Source: a virus (taxonomy: Duplodnaviria > Caudoviricetes). Taken from it: 64,000 bases of DNA. The stretch lies in IMG/VR virus record IMGVR_UViG_3300037312_000268, positions 23,418 to 87,417 of that record; one strand, given 5' to 3'. A program made the position numbers and the translations under genes. Shown in pieces: positions 11,231 through 22,045 of this stretch; the first letter of the stretch is position 1, and each line of letters starts with the position of its first letter. The notes under the pieces were generated by a model. The model was not told where the DNA came from and did not search any database. It was given only the letters and a program-made list of their open reading frames with translations.

Positions 11231-11371
11231 TCACTTGCCCTTCTTATACCGCTCGTAAGCAGTCTTGCCAGAGCGATTCTTACCAGTGCGCTCAAAGCAA
11301 TTCTGGTGCGAACAACACGCACCGCCCATCGCCTTCTTGTCTGCTTCAGTCATAAAATCTTTACGCTGCAT
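11231..11371 (-). CDS. 46 aa basic protein (MQRKDFMTEADKKAMGGACCSHQNC...)
   Basis: Manually translated, AGGAG RBS; below ORF-track cutoff. Confidence 0.6.
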   Translation of the reverse strand: MQRKDFMTEADKKAMGGACCSHQNCFERTGKNRSGKTAYERYKKGK

Positions 11372-11393
11372 ATTTATTTCTCCTTAATTAAAT

Positions 11394-12318
11394 TTAGAAC
11401 AGCTTCTTACTAAAAAACTTACTCTTGTTTGCGATGTAAACCAACGCTGCAAGAGTTGTCACAACATTGAGAACAGGGCACAGTGCAAACAGTACAAACC
11501 AGAATGCATGTGCAACCGTGACATCCTCTTTATCAGATTTAACAACATAGCAGCATAGGGCAAACACAACAAGACTAAACACAAGATACACAATCACCGG
11601 CGTCATTGCTCGCCTCCCACTTCTTGTGCAGCCGCTTTAAAAGCTAGATAAAACACACCTAGAATAAACAATGTGTTAACAACTGGCACTACTGACAGGG
11701 CAATGCCCATTACGAGCTTACTGCCTGTAAGTTTCTCCGCTTTGTCTGAGAAGTGTTGATTACAAAGAATCAATATCATGCACAACAAAGCGGAGATTAG
11801 GTAGAAAATTGTCATGCACCACCTCCTTCATCATAAAGCTTCAAAATTTCTTCTTCAATCAATGCCATCGTCGTACCGCCACATAGCCGTGTAATGTCAT
11901 AATCATCAACAAACACAGCTTCGATAATCACCTCTTCTGGACTCTCAGGCTCATCTGCTGTAGCAGGAATAGCTTGGTAGAATCGAAACTCCACTTCTAC
12001 TAACAACCCCTTGATAATTAACTTGCGGACGAAGAAATTATTTTTGTCGGAATAGCTCAAGAATGTCCTCCCATACAATCAATAAGCCAATCTTAACAAT
12101 CATCCAGCGGTAGGCTAGCTCATTCATTTTGGAGTCACGTTGTAGTGTGCACACACAAATTCGACAACCTCACGAATATCAGAATCGTGAATACCTGATG
12201 TGTTGCTCCAAACAAAATTACTAATCTCGTCAATCAAAGATTGACTAGTTTCCCACCCTATTGCATCAGCTTCTCGCTCAAAGATTGAGCCATCATCAGT
12301 TTGCCACACTTGTTTCAT
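11394..12318 (-). CDS. Four small hypothetical genes; the first two are predicted membrane proteins
   Basis: ORFs 11394-11606, 11603-11815, 11812-12078, 12124-12318; hydrophobic segments in first two. Confidence 0.65.
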
Positions 12319-12458
12319 TCTGCCTCCAGTTGTTCCATCTTGTCCAATATTCCGAACAATTTATTAATCTCGTATTGCATCATACGATTCTCTTCTTCGT
12401 TGGCATTCATTTCGTCTTCTAGAAGATCAATACGATTTTCAATTTCTTGTTTAGTCAT
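12315..12458 (-). CDS. 47 aa coiled-coil mini-protein (MTKQEIENRIDLLEDE...)
   Basis: Manually translated; overlaps neighbours. Confidence 0.65.
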   Translation of the reverse strand: MTKQEIENRIDLLEDEMNANEEENRMMQYEINKLFGILDKMEQLEAE

Positions 12459-12585
12459 ACGATGTTCTCAATTCGCTCTCAAGATTAATAATTTCGTCGT
12501 TAATGTCATAAATTTGATATTGCAGCATCTCGCGCTCTCTACTCAAATTATCTAGACGTTCATAAATCTCTTCTTTCGTCATCAT
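12451..12585 (-). CDS. 44 aa coiled-coil mini-protein (MMTKEEIYERLDNL...), likely paralog of 12315-12458
   Basis: Manually translated; similar N-terminus and MxQY motif. Confidence 0.65.
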   Translation of the reverse strand: MMTKEEIYERLDNLSREREMLQYQIYDINDEIINLESELRTSYD

Positions 12586-13395
12586 CCTTCCTTAATTTCA
12601 GATGTAGAATTGTACTCCACTTTTTCCTCTGTGTCAACAACAATATCAAAATTCTGTGAGATTTTTGCTCCTTTTAAGAATTCTTGCTCAGGTGTTGCGA
12701 GAAGCCTATCAACCTCGCCCCACATGTTCACCACTGTGCGCATGCTCTTGACGATGGCTTTAGCGTCTTGCGACAGATGGCCATGCTTGTTAAGCCAGTT
12801 AGCAATCTTGAACGTCTTAGCACGATACCAGTTGTATTGACTGTCACGCTTGGCCAAGACCCCTTTTGGGAAGTCTTCAGCCAATACGACGAAATACGGC
12901 AGCTTGATTACAATATCTCGGCGCTTATCAACAATTGCCGAGACAACGTGTTGAGCTAGGATTGCATAATCATCTGCTGTCGCAGCATGTGTAGCTGCTC
13001 GCTGCTCTCGTGTTGGCTTATGGCGAGATACCATTACAGCATTACAGCCTTTGTAATGTACCCACAATCCTCAGCACTCTCTTCATCACTTGTCCATTCA
13101 TCATAAATATTGTGGTCAAGAGATTCTACAAAAATCTCCGAAGGCACGCTCACTTTCTCAGGCGACTGTCCATGATCACAATAGCCGTACACTTCAAGAT
13201 TACCATCAAAGTTCTTTAGGTGTGCAATTAGTTCTTTGACCTTCATTTCATCTCCACATCGTATAAATTGCCCTCAAGCCCCTCTGCAATTTCTTGCAAC
13301 TTCTGCTTCACCCAAATCATAGTAATGCCGTAAACGTCGTCTGAGAAATAGTGCTCAGGAATGTTGTGAATTTGTACGTGAAAGGTTAATTCCAT
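12582..13395 (-). CDS. Three hypothetical genes (12582-13067, 13034-13246, 13243-13395)
   Basis: Tightly packed ORFs. Confidence 0.6.
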
Positions 13396-13958
13396 TATTG
13401 CTCCTGTTTACGATTTGGCTTCAGTCCATGTTCTTCAGAATACCCCGCTCCCTCTGAATTTAACCTGCAAATGGCAGAATACCTTGTGCCACATGTCAAC
13501 AAAAATGCTACAGTGTCGCCATATTTAGATACAGCAAAGCTTTCTACACTTCTTGTTCCGTCCGCCTCTGTCCAGTATGCTAACCAATAAAATTCACCTC
13601 TATTCTTTTCATCTAAGGAAACTCCCGGCACGCCACTCCTATTCGTACAATTCCTCTTACTATTCCTTAAATTGATTATCCAAGGCACTTCTCTTAAATT
13701 GGATGCTTTGTTATTATAACTATCTCCGTCGATATGGTCTATCACATTCCCGTCAGCGATCTTCACACGGTTAACCATCTCATAAACAATCCTGTGAACC
13801 GGGTAAGTTTTGCCGTTGACTGTAACGTACCAGTAATCTCTCGGATGTTTAGTCCCTGTAACAGCATCTTTAGGAGCTTTTACACCACGTTTTACTTTGT
13901 TGCGTAAACCACTAGGACTAGTTTCATCGTACTCAAAATAATAGCTCCAATCCATCAA
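13395..13958 (-). CDS. Free-standing HNH homing endonuclease
   Basis: VHRIVY...IDHIDGD..NNK.SNLR. Confidence 0.9.
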   Translation of the reverse strand: MMDWSYYFEYDETSPSGLRNKVKRGVKAPKDAVTGTKHPRDYWYVTVNGKTYPVHRIVYEMVNRVKIADGNVIDHIDGDSYNNKASNLREVPWIINLRNSKRNCTNRSGVPGVSLDEKNRGEFYWLAYWTEADGTRSVESFAVSKYGDTVAFLLTCGTRYSAICRLNSEGAGYSEEHGLKPNRKQEQ

Positions 13959-13973
13959 ATCTCCATAAAATAT

Positions 13974-14177
13974 TTATTCGGGATCACTTGATACGTATCC
14001 CCGTTGAATGCCACGTCTCGCGTACTTGCGCGTGTGTTCCAAGGCGATTTCGTCGTCCTCCGCTGCATCGAAGCCTTGCTGCCATTCTGCATATTGCTCT
14101 GTACCTTCATCGTATGGGTTGTTCGTTTTGCCGAAAGCATAGTGCTGATAGCCCTCATAATAAATCTTACTGCGCAT
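13974..14177 (-). CDS. RMF/CrpP-fold-like small protein, copy 1
   Basis: EGYQHY..G...NPY.......W..GF pattern; TAATG-coupled to the polymerase stop. Confidence 0.55.
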   Translation of the reverse strand: MRSKIYYEGYQHYAFGKTNNPYDEGTEQYAEWQQGFDAAEDDEIALEHTRKYARRGIQRGYVSSDPE

Positions 14178-16291
14178 TAGTGTGTTCCCATCCAATTCGT
14201 TGCCACCTTGTATTCGCCATCCAATTCTACATTCATTTTAAGATACTTACCAGCCTTTTTAATACACTCAACAAACACTTGTCCAACCTCCTCTGCTACT
14301 TCTGGTGATGTCTCCGCCTGCAATTCGTCATGTTGGTAGAGTACGCGCTTCACGACACATCCCTTGTAGGAATAATATGGCCTGCCTTTTTCGTCCAGTA
14401 TAAACCCTCCCATAGCATTGTCAAAATACACAAGCGCTAAGTCTGTCGCGATTGCACCAGCACTTTGACACAGTTGATTCACGAGGCTGTGAGGTGAACG
14501 GGTCCGCAGAATTCGTCCATCAATTGCTGGTAAGAACTGCGACTTGCCGGTTGTCTTCCAGTAGTTTGTAACGGCGTCACGAAAATCTCTCAGTGCTGGG
14601 TTAGCGTTCCAAAATGCCTCAAACGCCTGTTTACCTTTTCTATCTGGGATACCCAATGTTTGTGCTAGCTTCGCAGCCTGCCCACCATACAACAAACAAT
14701 AAAGACCATTTTTAGCCTTACCTCTCCATTTCTTAAACTTGGGATGATCCTTGTCGTGATCTGGTGAGGATGGGTCAAATCCTTTCGTTTCCTCTGGGAA
14801 GAAGGCAACTGCATTATAACTGTGCGAATCTCCGTTAAGAATAATATCTGCGTAAGCTCCGTTATCGTACTTGAAAGTGTAAGAGGCGGTGACACGGTTC
14901 TCCAACGCAGCACTGTCCCCACCAACGAATGCCATACCCTCTTCGGCCTTGAACAGTGAGCGCATCTCTTCACCGAGCATGCTGCCAACTTTAGCCACGT
15001 TGCACACGCAAACGTGTTTCTGCCTGTGCGTAGAGGTAATGCCACTACTGCTTGCACTCAGTCTTCCATCCCACGCCAAACGCGGGTTTGCCAACCAACC
15101 TTCCAACACACCAAGACGGTTTTTGATGCTCAGGTAACGCACAATCTCCTTGATAATCGGGTTGTCCATCGCTTCAAGATTAGGGCACAGCTTCCCGCCT
15201 TCCTGAAGCTTTGGCGAAGTTTTAATAGCCTGTTTCCGTTCATCACGCATGACCTTACCATTTGCATCTTTTTGCAGGTTGTGCATTGTCGGCACCCAAC
15301 CTTCTGCAATCAGAAAGTTTTTGAAGTCGTCTTGGTCTTTCAATTCCATCGGAAGTTTGATGTCTAGAAGCTTCTGCCCTTCGACCTTGTAAACTTTACC
15401 GTAGAACTCTACATCTCCGGACTCCAACACTTTGCCACTGTGCTTTTCAATAAAGTTGAGCATGTGGCTACTGAACGTGCCGTCTTTTTTATAGGGCTTC
15501 GCGGGCATAGTGTACTCTTTCTCTTCACCCTTTTTCAAAGGACGTAGAGGAAGTTTTGGCAACACTTCCGCCTTAATTTCATCAACCATCACAACAATAC
15601 GTTCGCGTAGTTTTGTCGCAGCTTCAATGTCAAAACTGACACCTGTGAATGCTTGTGCATTCATCAGGAAGAAAGCTTTCTGTCCCATGCGAAAAGATGG
15701 TACAAGCCATTCACCCTTGTACAACTCTTTCATCCCTTGGACTAACCTAAAGAACACTCCGATGTTCGCATCAACGTCGGCATCGCAGTAATCATCAGTC
15801 TGAGGATAACTGTACAGTTTAAATTCAGCACCTTTAGGTGCAGCTTTATCTAGCACGCCTGCATCAATCAGGCTCTGACGATAATCTATCTTCTCAGTGC
15901 TACTTCCTCGTGCGAGATACTCCAGAGAGTGGCTTGCCGCATCCGGCTCGTAAAATTGCGAGAGATATAAGGTGTCCACAAACTGTACGTGTTTATCTTC
16001 GATGTAATCTTTGCCGTTCCTACCCACAGTTGGCACAATATCGAACAGTTTCCACAACACCCATTCATCGTACCCCAAAATGTTGTGACCTATGACAAGT
16101 GCACCATCATCGAAGCTGTTCACCCACTCCATGAACTGTGAGTAAACTTCTTGCTTTGTCATACGAAATGGATATAGTTTGGCAGAGCGTGCACCATCCA
16201 ACGACTTGAGACGAATGTACCAGACTTTTGTACAGCCTAGATACAAATCGTCACCTTCGATGTCATAGCACCAGCCATACAAGTCTTTCAC
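14177..16291 (-). CDS. Family A DNA polymerase with 3'-5' exonuclease (T7 gp5-like)
   Basis: YDIE exo motif; GDSAALENR (A), RGKAKNGLYCLLYG (B), QHDE (C). Confidence 0.95.
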   Translation of the reverse strand: MKDLYGWCYDIEGDDLYLGCTKVWYIRLKSLDGARSAKLYPFRMTKQEVYSQFMEWVNSFDDGALVIGHNILGYDEWVLWKLFDIVPTVGRNGKDYIEDKHVQFVDTLYLSQFYEPDAASHSLEYLARGSSTEKIDYRQSLIDAGVLDKAAPKGAEFKLYSYPQTDDYCDADVDANIGVFFRLVQGMKELYKGEWLVPSFRMGQKAFFLMNAQAFTGVSFDIEAATKLRERIVVMVDEIKAEVLPKLPLRPLKKGEEKEYTMPAKPYKKDGTFSSHMLNFIEKHSGKVLESGDVEFYGKVYKVEGQKLLDIKLPMELKDQDDFKNFLIAEGWVPTMHNLQKDANGKVMRDERKQAIKTSPKLQEGGKLCPNLEAMDNPIIKEIVRYLSIKNRLGVLEGWLANPRLAWDGRLSASSSGITSTHRQKHVCVCNVAKVGSMLGEEMRSLFKAEEGMAFVGGDSAALENRVTASYTFKYDNGAYADIILNGDSHSYNAVAFFPEETKGFDPSSPDHDKDHPKFKKWRGKAKNGLYCLLYGGQAAKLAQTLGIPDRKGKQAFEAFWNANPALRDFRDAVTNYWKTTGKSQFLPAIDGRILRTRSPHSLVNQLCQSAGAIATDLALVYFDNAMGGFILDEKGRPYYSYKGCVVKRVLYQHDELQAETSPEVAEEVGQVFVECIKKAGKYLKMNVELDGEYKVATNWMGTH

Positions 16292-16300
16292 ACATCCTCC

Positions 16301-16983
16301 TTATTTATTCTTCACAACACTCTTATCGCACCCCAAAGCTGCCCTAGCAATCATATCAATCACAATTTCAGCGGCATATTCATTTGCCGTATCACGATCA
16401 CTCACGGTGCAATAGTCCTCTTTAACAGACAACTTCTTGCCATGAAAGTCAAAATCGTACTGATACTGGTAAGTTGCATCATGCTCACAGCCCATGTAAC
16501 GCAATCCTAGCACTTGAGCAACATCCCACTTGCTAATCTGTACACTTGCCATCACCCCTCCAAATCGTCAAGGAACTTCTGCACAACAGTAGGCTCAACA
16601 AACCCTTCCTCCGCAGCAATCCGAGCCTGTTCTAGCCAGAACGCATCTTCTTCAGCGTTCCACGATTCCATAGCTTGCTCATCCTTCAATTCCTGCTTCA
16701 GCGCCTTCTGCACCTGCTCGATAGCTTTAATACGCTTGGCAAACTTGTTGATATATGGGGTGAACACAGCGGCTTGCTCGCGATGTGCTTCAGCCTTGAC
16801 GTGTTGTTCATCTGCTTTATCAAATTGCAATGTTTGAGAAAAAGAACAGCACATCTCGTCAAACTCATCAGCCTTCTCGTTATACATCTTACGACTCTTG
16901 CGCAGATTGTTGTACTCTTCATAAAGCCCTGTAAGAGCCTGCGCATTCAGGCCAATTTGGGTTTGGATAAAACTTGCTTTCAT
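16301..16983 (-). CDS. Two hypothetical genes (16301-16555; coiled-coil 16552-16983)
   Basis: ORF track, overlapping ends. Confidence 0.65.
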
Positions 16984-17387
16984 TCTACAACCTCCTTACG
17001 TCCATTTGTCAAAGTAACTTCCCTTCCCTCTTTTGGAAGCCATTCTTTCCACGTCTTCACCCAAGGACCACGGAATGACAACACCCATGTGCGCTTTGCC
17101 ATGCCGTACACTTTGTGCATTCTATCTCGTGCCGTGTAGATAGGTTTGATAGAAGGTTTAATTCTGCTTTGTGTAAAGCCAAAAATGTTGTCAGCCTTTA
17201 CCCGCTCAACAAGAAGACCCTTCAACACCCACGACACAGCATTGAATGCATGCGAATGATATGCCTCCCGGCTACCTTCATCAAAGCGCAGCAAAACGAT
17301 TGAACCAAAACGTTTAGATTCAAACAACCAGTATCCTGTGACATTGGATTCTTGTCCACCATCTTTACCTTTGAAGAGTAATTTCAT
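16980..17387 (-). CDS. Cupin-like protein
   Basis: YHSHAF..SWVLKG and MHKV cupin-type motifs. Confidence 0.55.
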   Translation of the reverse strand: MKLLFKGKDGGQESNVTGYWLFESKRFGSIVLLRFDEGSREAYHSHAFNAVSWVLKGLLVERVKADNIFGFTQSRIKPSIKPIYTARDRMHKVYGMAKRTWVLSFRGPWVKTWKEWLPKEGREVTLTNGRKEVVE

Positions 17388-17753
17388 TTGCACTCCACTT
17401 CTCGCAGCCAATACCAAGAATACTCACATTCTTTTCTGCCGCCACCAGCGAGTACATAATCGGCAGATTCCTCGTTCTCATCAATTATCTTCATAATTTG
17501 TTCACGAGTAGGTTTTGTCAGGAAAACCGCCTCAAAGTACTCGCCAGATTGATCATAGTCGTTGTACTCGGAAGTAAGAATCCAAACTTTCATTTCCCAC
17601 CCTCTTCACGTTCGAGTTGCATGTACATGTCTGCCACTTGATCCCAAGTGAATCCACCATCCATAAGACCAATATTTAGCACTGCAAGGCTCTCTTGTAC
17701 ACTAAAGCCCATAGCCCAGTATTCCCGTACAAGTTCTTTCGTCTCAACAGCCA

Positions 17754-18668
17754 TCACACACTCCCCTTCTCAAACACATATTTGTAAGCATCTTCCCACG
17801 TACTGAAGAATTCATAGTCAGGAAACTTAGCCTTGATCTTCTGAACATATTTGTGCTCGTCGCTGTACAGCTTGTTGGTCTGCACAACAACCTTGTGCTT
17901 CTCACAGATCTTGAAATCTTTGTCCAGAGAAATCATACCATGTTTGTACCAAGCCTTGCAAATACTAAGCGGGAACTGTGGAACCACTGTGTCTTGTGTT
18001 TTATACTTCATGAACATAAGCTGCACGTTTACACCATCAACAACCGCAGAAAACACACAGTTAAGGTCAGGATTCAGCTTGTACCACTCTGGCAAATCTT
18101 CTCCAGCACGCCCTTCATCCATAAGATTGATGCCTACATGGCGAAGCATCTCTGCAACAATCGTAAGCTGATCAACACTCGTATAAAAGAAAATGTCAAG
18201 ATCGGCAGCAGGCTTTCCAAAATGCCAATCACGAGGTGCACCGCCAGCGCAAATTGCAAATGGATCAATCGGAAACAATTTGTCAAGCACTTTGTCTGCG
18301 ATGGCTTGTTGTTTGGTGATAAGTTGTTCATCATCAACAGCATCGTGAGCAGTATACAAGTCGACGTTTTGTTGCTGATCTTCACACACAAAGCATTTGC
18401 ACTGAGTCTCAGGCTGCACAAAATACGTACTCGCCTTCTTCAACTCATCACCTACAAGCACATATTCTTCATTCGGATGACTTTTGAAGTACTCCATGTC
18501 ATCCGTCTTCATAATGATGCCGTTGTCATAAGTGAAGAACGCCTTAGCGTTATTATAAACTGCGGCATCACCAACGAATTGATAACCTAGATTGTGCAGC
18601 ACGTTAGCAATATGTGTGCGATTACCGAACGGATCGGATAAGGCGATTTTCATCTTCTGGTAAGTCAT
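17754..18668 (-). CDS. Nucleotidyltransferase, CCA-adding/poly(A) polymerase-head-like
   Basis: AGGAPRDWHFGKPAADLDIF (GG-xRD...DxD). Confidence 0.8.
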   Translation of the reverse strand: MTYQKMKIALSDPFGNRTHIANVLHNLGYQFVGDAAVYNNAKAFFTYDNGIIMKTDDMEYFKSHPNEEYVLVGDELKKASTYFVQPETQCKCFVCEDQQQNVDLYTAHDAVDDEQLITKQQAIADKVLDKLFPIDPFAICAGGAPRDWHFGKPAADLDIFFYTSVDQLTIVAEMLRHVGINLMDEGRAGEDLPEWYKLNPDLNCVFSAVVDGVNVQLMFMKYKTQDTVVPQFPLSICKAWYKHGMISLDKDFKICEKHKVVVQTNKLYSDEHKYVQKIKAKFPDYEFFSTWEDAYKYVFEKGSV

Positions 18669-18728
18669 CTTCCCTCCTTAGAATGTTAGAGCGTAAGAAT
18701 TATAGCAAACTTTTTACGCCCGTGTCAA

Positions 18729-20420
18729 TTAGAAACTGTGACCTGTGTTGCTGATCGCAGCATAGTCTGCAAGACGTTCAACACTGCTCTCCAAGAACCC
18801 CTCTGGTGGCTCAAGATAATTGCCCGTCTCTTGGTCGTAGTACACTTTGAAATAGCCACTACGCCCATACTTGCGATCTTCAAGCAGAACAATTGTAGAA
18901 GTGTTACGCTCTTTAGGGCTAATGTCAGGGTCTTTGTTACGTTCAATGCCCCACATGTAGTAGGTGCTTCGCATCATAGCACGAGAGCCTGTAAACTGGT
19001 GGCTCAACACTTTTCCACCTCGCTCGTGTGCAGGGCCGCTTTCTGGAGCCTTCAAGTGACAAAAGCAGTAGTAGATGAATCCGAGGTCTTTGGCCATCTT
19101 ACTAAGCTCGTCAGCGAAACGCTCAAGCTCTGTGTTTGCTTCCGCTGCTGTCAAACCTTGCACCATCCTAGAAATCGGGTCAAGAACGATATCAGTCACA
19201 CCTTCCACAAGAACAGCATGGCGGATAGCGCCCTTAACAACGCTCCACGAACATGCACCATAGTTGTTGTAGTAGATGACAGAATCGCCAACCTCATTCA
19301 CGGCTTTGGTGAGGGTTTCTTGATCGAAATAGCCTCGCGAAGTGTCGTAGATGTCATTGCCGTAGATGTCCCGTAGCACACCATCATCACCAACGAAGAT
19401 AACTTTCTCAGGATTCGTAAAATCCTTGCCGTACATCTTACCTGCAATCTTCTTACAAGTGATTTCTGGCTCCTCTTCAAACTTAAAGAGAGCGATCTTG
19501 CTTTTCTCTACCTTGATAACATACTCGGAAAGCTGGTTGACGAACTCACTCTTACCAATCTTAACACCTGCGCCGATGTAGTGCCCTTCGCCAAGACGAC
19601 GACCAAGACTAAGTTTAGTCATTGAAGGCCACGGCCACGGCTTACCAAGTTGAGGCAGTTCTGATGCTTTAGATGCGAAGCTTTCAAACTTAACAAAACC
19701 ATCTGGCGTATAATTCTTAGGCTTCATAACGCACCAGTACAACTGATCAGCCATTCCGTCGCGGATCATGTCAACAGGATCGTAGTCATCAGGTAAGTCT
19801 GCAACAAGAATATCCGGCATAAGGCTGTACACTGCCGCCGTAGCATCCTTACCCTTCATGATCTTTTGCTTTTCGCGCTCCTCTTGTGTGGCCTTATCTG
19901 CGTCAAATGCTGTAATACGCTCAGAAAATTTGGACAGCCAAGATTGGTTCTGCTTCTGTCCAAGATTCTGAACAGCGTTAGCGGTCCCTGCTGCAATGCT
20001 AACAACATTAGGATTTGCTTGAGGATACTTCTCCTTCATCACAGTCCAAGTTGCAGCAGCGTCATACTCACCTTCAGTGATGACAACCTTCTTGCCACCA
20101 GTTTTGTTAGCACAATGCATGCCGAACAAGTCGCACTTAGGGGATTGGAATCCCACAACAGAAAAGTGCCCTGTTACCATCTTAGGGACAGTTAGATCGC
20201 GCTTTTTGTACCCAACCAACTCACCATCGTAATGATATGGAAAGTAGTGTGCGATAGGTGTCTTACCATCTTTCGGACTAAGGGCTGTTTTGATGCCGAA
20301 GTGCTCGGCTGCTGCCTTAGAAATGAATCGCTCAGGAATAGCGAGAACAGGATAATTCGCCACGTCCACCATCGCCTCTTGTGGTTCGTATCGACTGCCT
20401 GTACTCTTAGTTGCTGCCAT
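18729..20420 (-). CDS. Primase-helicase (TOPRIM + DnaB-type), no evident N-terminal Zn ribbon
   Basis: ITEGEYDA, AFDAD, GKS Walker A, LDPIS, CHL, GS helicase motifs. Confidence 0.92.
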   Translation of the reverse strand: MAATKSTGSRYEPQEAMVDVANYPVLAIPERFISKAAAEHFGIKTALSPKDGKTPIAHYFPYHYDGELVGYKKRDLTVPKMVTGHFSVVGFQSPKCDLFGMHCANKTGGKKVVITEGEYDAAATWTVMKEKYPQANPNVVSIAAGTANAVQNLGQKQNQSWLSKFSERITAFDADKATQEEREKQKIMKGKDATAAVYSLMPDILVADLPDDYDPVDMIRDGMADQLYWCVMKPKNYTPDGFVKFESFASKASELPQLGKPWPWPSMTKLSLGRRLGEGHYIGAGVKIGKSEFVNQLSEYVIKVEKSKIALFKFEEEPEITCKKIAGKMYGKDFTNPEKVIFVGDDGVLRDIYGNDIYDTSRGYFDQETLTKAVNEVGDSVIYYNNYGACSWSVVKGAIRHAVLVEGVTDIVLDPISRMVQGLTAAEANTELERFADELSKMAKDLGFIYYCFCHLKAPESGPAHERGGKVLSHQFTGSRAMMRSTYYMWGIERNKDPDISPKERNTSTIVLLEDRKYGRSGYFKVYYDQETGNYLEPPEGFLESSVERLADYAAISNTGHSF

Positions 20421-20842
20421 ATTCTTCTCTCCTTTCCAATAGCCCATCAATCCTCCTCAATCTCAACATCCGCACCTGTACTAAGAAGCAAATCATACAT
20501 CTCTTGTGCGTCATCTCTCTGATCACTAGAAATGGAGTCAAAATAAAACGCCTGAACGGAATCATCTTTAATCAGGCACACAGTGATAACGCCATCTTCG
20601 ATATGAATCTTATATTTGTTCATACATCCTCCTTGTATTTATCACCACAAGAAACGTGACTTTCACGATTGCATCCCACAACATCCATGTCCTGATACCG
20701 AAACACAGTCATGTTAAGCTTCTTATCCAACTCAGTGATTTCTTTGTAACCTAAGAATAGGTATTTCGGCACTCTGCCAGTCTCAACTATATACCCAACT
20801 CGCTGAGATTCGATACGATCTAGGATACCCATTGCAATTTCC

Positions 20843-22045
20843 TCATGAATTCTCCCTACTGTCAAAAATCAATTTATCTACAAAATCTACTACCTCTTGG
20901 TAATACTCGTAGTAAGTCGCTTCCGTTTTAAACCCCTCAATGTCTTGTGGATTGCAGGGAAATCGCTTTTTGACTACCTGCTCAATATTCCACGCTTGTT
21001 GACCTGTAACATAGAATATTTGTGTTGCGCCTATTTTAAGGCCAGCACGTTTAAGATTTCGTGCGTGAGTGTGCAGTCGACGGTCAGGTGTGTTTGAAAC
21101 ACCAAAACCAATAAAACTGTGGCGGCCCTCCACTTTCAGTATGTAAAAACCAGCGTCAACCCCTTTCTTATACCCTGACGTGGCACAATCAGGACACCTA
21201 TTTCCTACAGCCAGGAACGCGTGGATGTTAACAGGCCAGTTACCATGAACATCACAGTTTAGTACTATCTTACTGCCAACATTCTTGTAATTGTCCTCCC
21301 ACCCTACGAAGTTATACTTGAATCCCTCATATTCTAGAGTAGATTTTACTTGAAACTCTCGCTGTTGTGCCGTCCATCTATACGCCCTTGAACACCTGCA
21401 AGACTTCTTACCCACAGATAGGTTAGCATAGCTGGAATTAAACAGTCCACTACACAGCCCATTCTTTACAAAGATATCGTCACTACAAACACCGCAACGA
21501 TATTTCCACTTATTACCCCTAGATTTACATCTACCGAAAATTGTGCCAGAAGGAAACTTGCCCACCTCAAAAAATTTCTCTACGCAATGTTCGTCTGTGT
21601 ATCCATTCTTCTCCGAGATAGTATTATTTGCACACACCCTGCATCCCACTTTGGAGGTGAGTAAAGCACTTGCCCGTAAATTAGACCACTCATTTCCGTC
21701 TAAATTACAACGTAATTTTATCTTAGTTGAATTACCTGCGAAATCCTCAACAAATCCAAGAAACGTATAATTTCTTTTTGAGCATTCCCGTTCAACTCTC
21801 ACTTTACACTGAGCCAGTGTCCATCTGTACACTCTACTTTCGCAAGCACAGGGCGTTGAACCTCTTGTCAGGCTGGATTTAGCAATAAGAAACTGGCCAT
21901 CTCCAAACAATTCTGGATCAAGATTGCAGATGTGGCAAACAACTCTGTAGACCTTATCGTGTCCGCTGGACGTAACACCATCTTGACATATGACTTCTAT
22001 TTGGTTGCTTTTACCAAACCTTCGCCCAATAAAAGAGTCTGTCAC
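20843..22045 (-). CDS. Free-standing endonuclease with Cys-rich repeats and C-terminal GIY-YIG-like domain
   Basis: Repeated C..H/CxxC modules; FYILK..IGFGVS...RL..H. Confidence 0.75.
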   Translation of the reverse strand: MTDSFIGRRFGKSNQIEVICQDGVTSSGHDKVYRVVCHICNLDPELFGDGQFLIAKSSLTRGSTPCACESRVYRWTLAQCKVRVERECSKRNYTFLGFVEDFAGNSTKIKLRCNLDGNEWSNLRASALLTSKVGCRVCANNTISEKNGYTDEHCVEKFFEVGKFPSGTIFGRCKSRGNKWKYRCGVCSDDIFVKNGLCSGLFNSSYANLSVGKKSCRCSRAYRWTAQQREFQVKSTLEYEGFKYNFVGWEDNYKNVGSKIVLNCDVHGNWPVNIHAFLAVGNRCPDCATSGYKKGVDAGFYILKVEGRHSFIGFGVSNTPDRRLHTHARNLKRAGLKIGATQIFYVTGQQAWNIEQVVKKRFPCNPQDIEGFKTEATYYEYYQEVVDFVDKLIFDSRENS

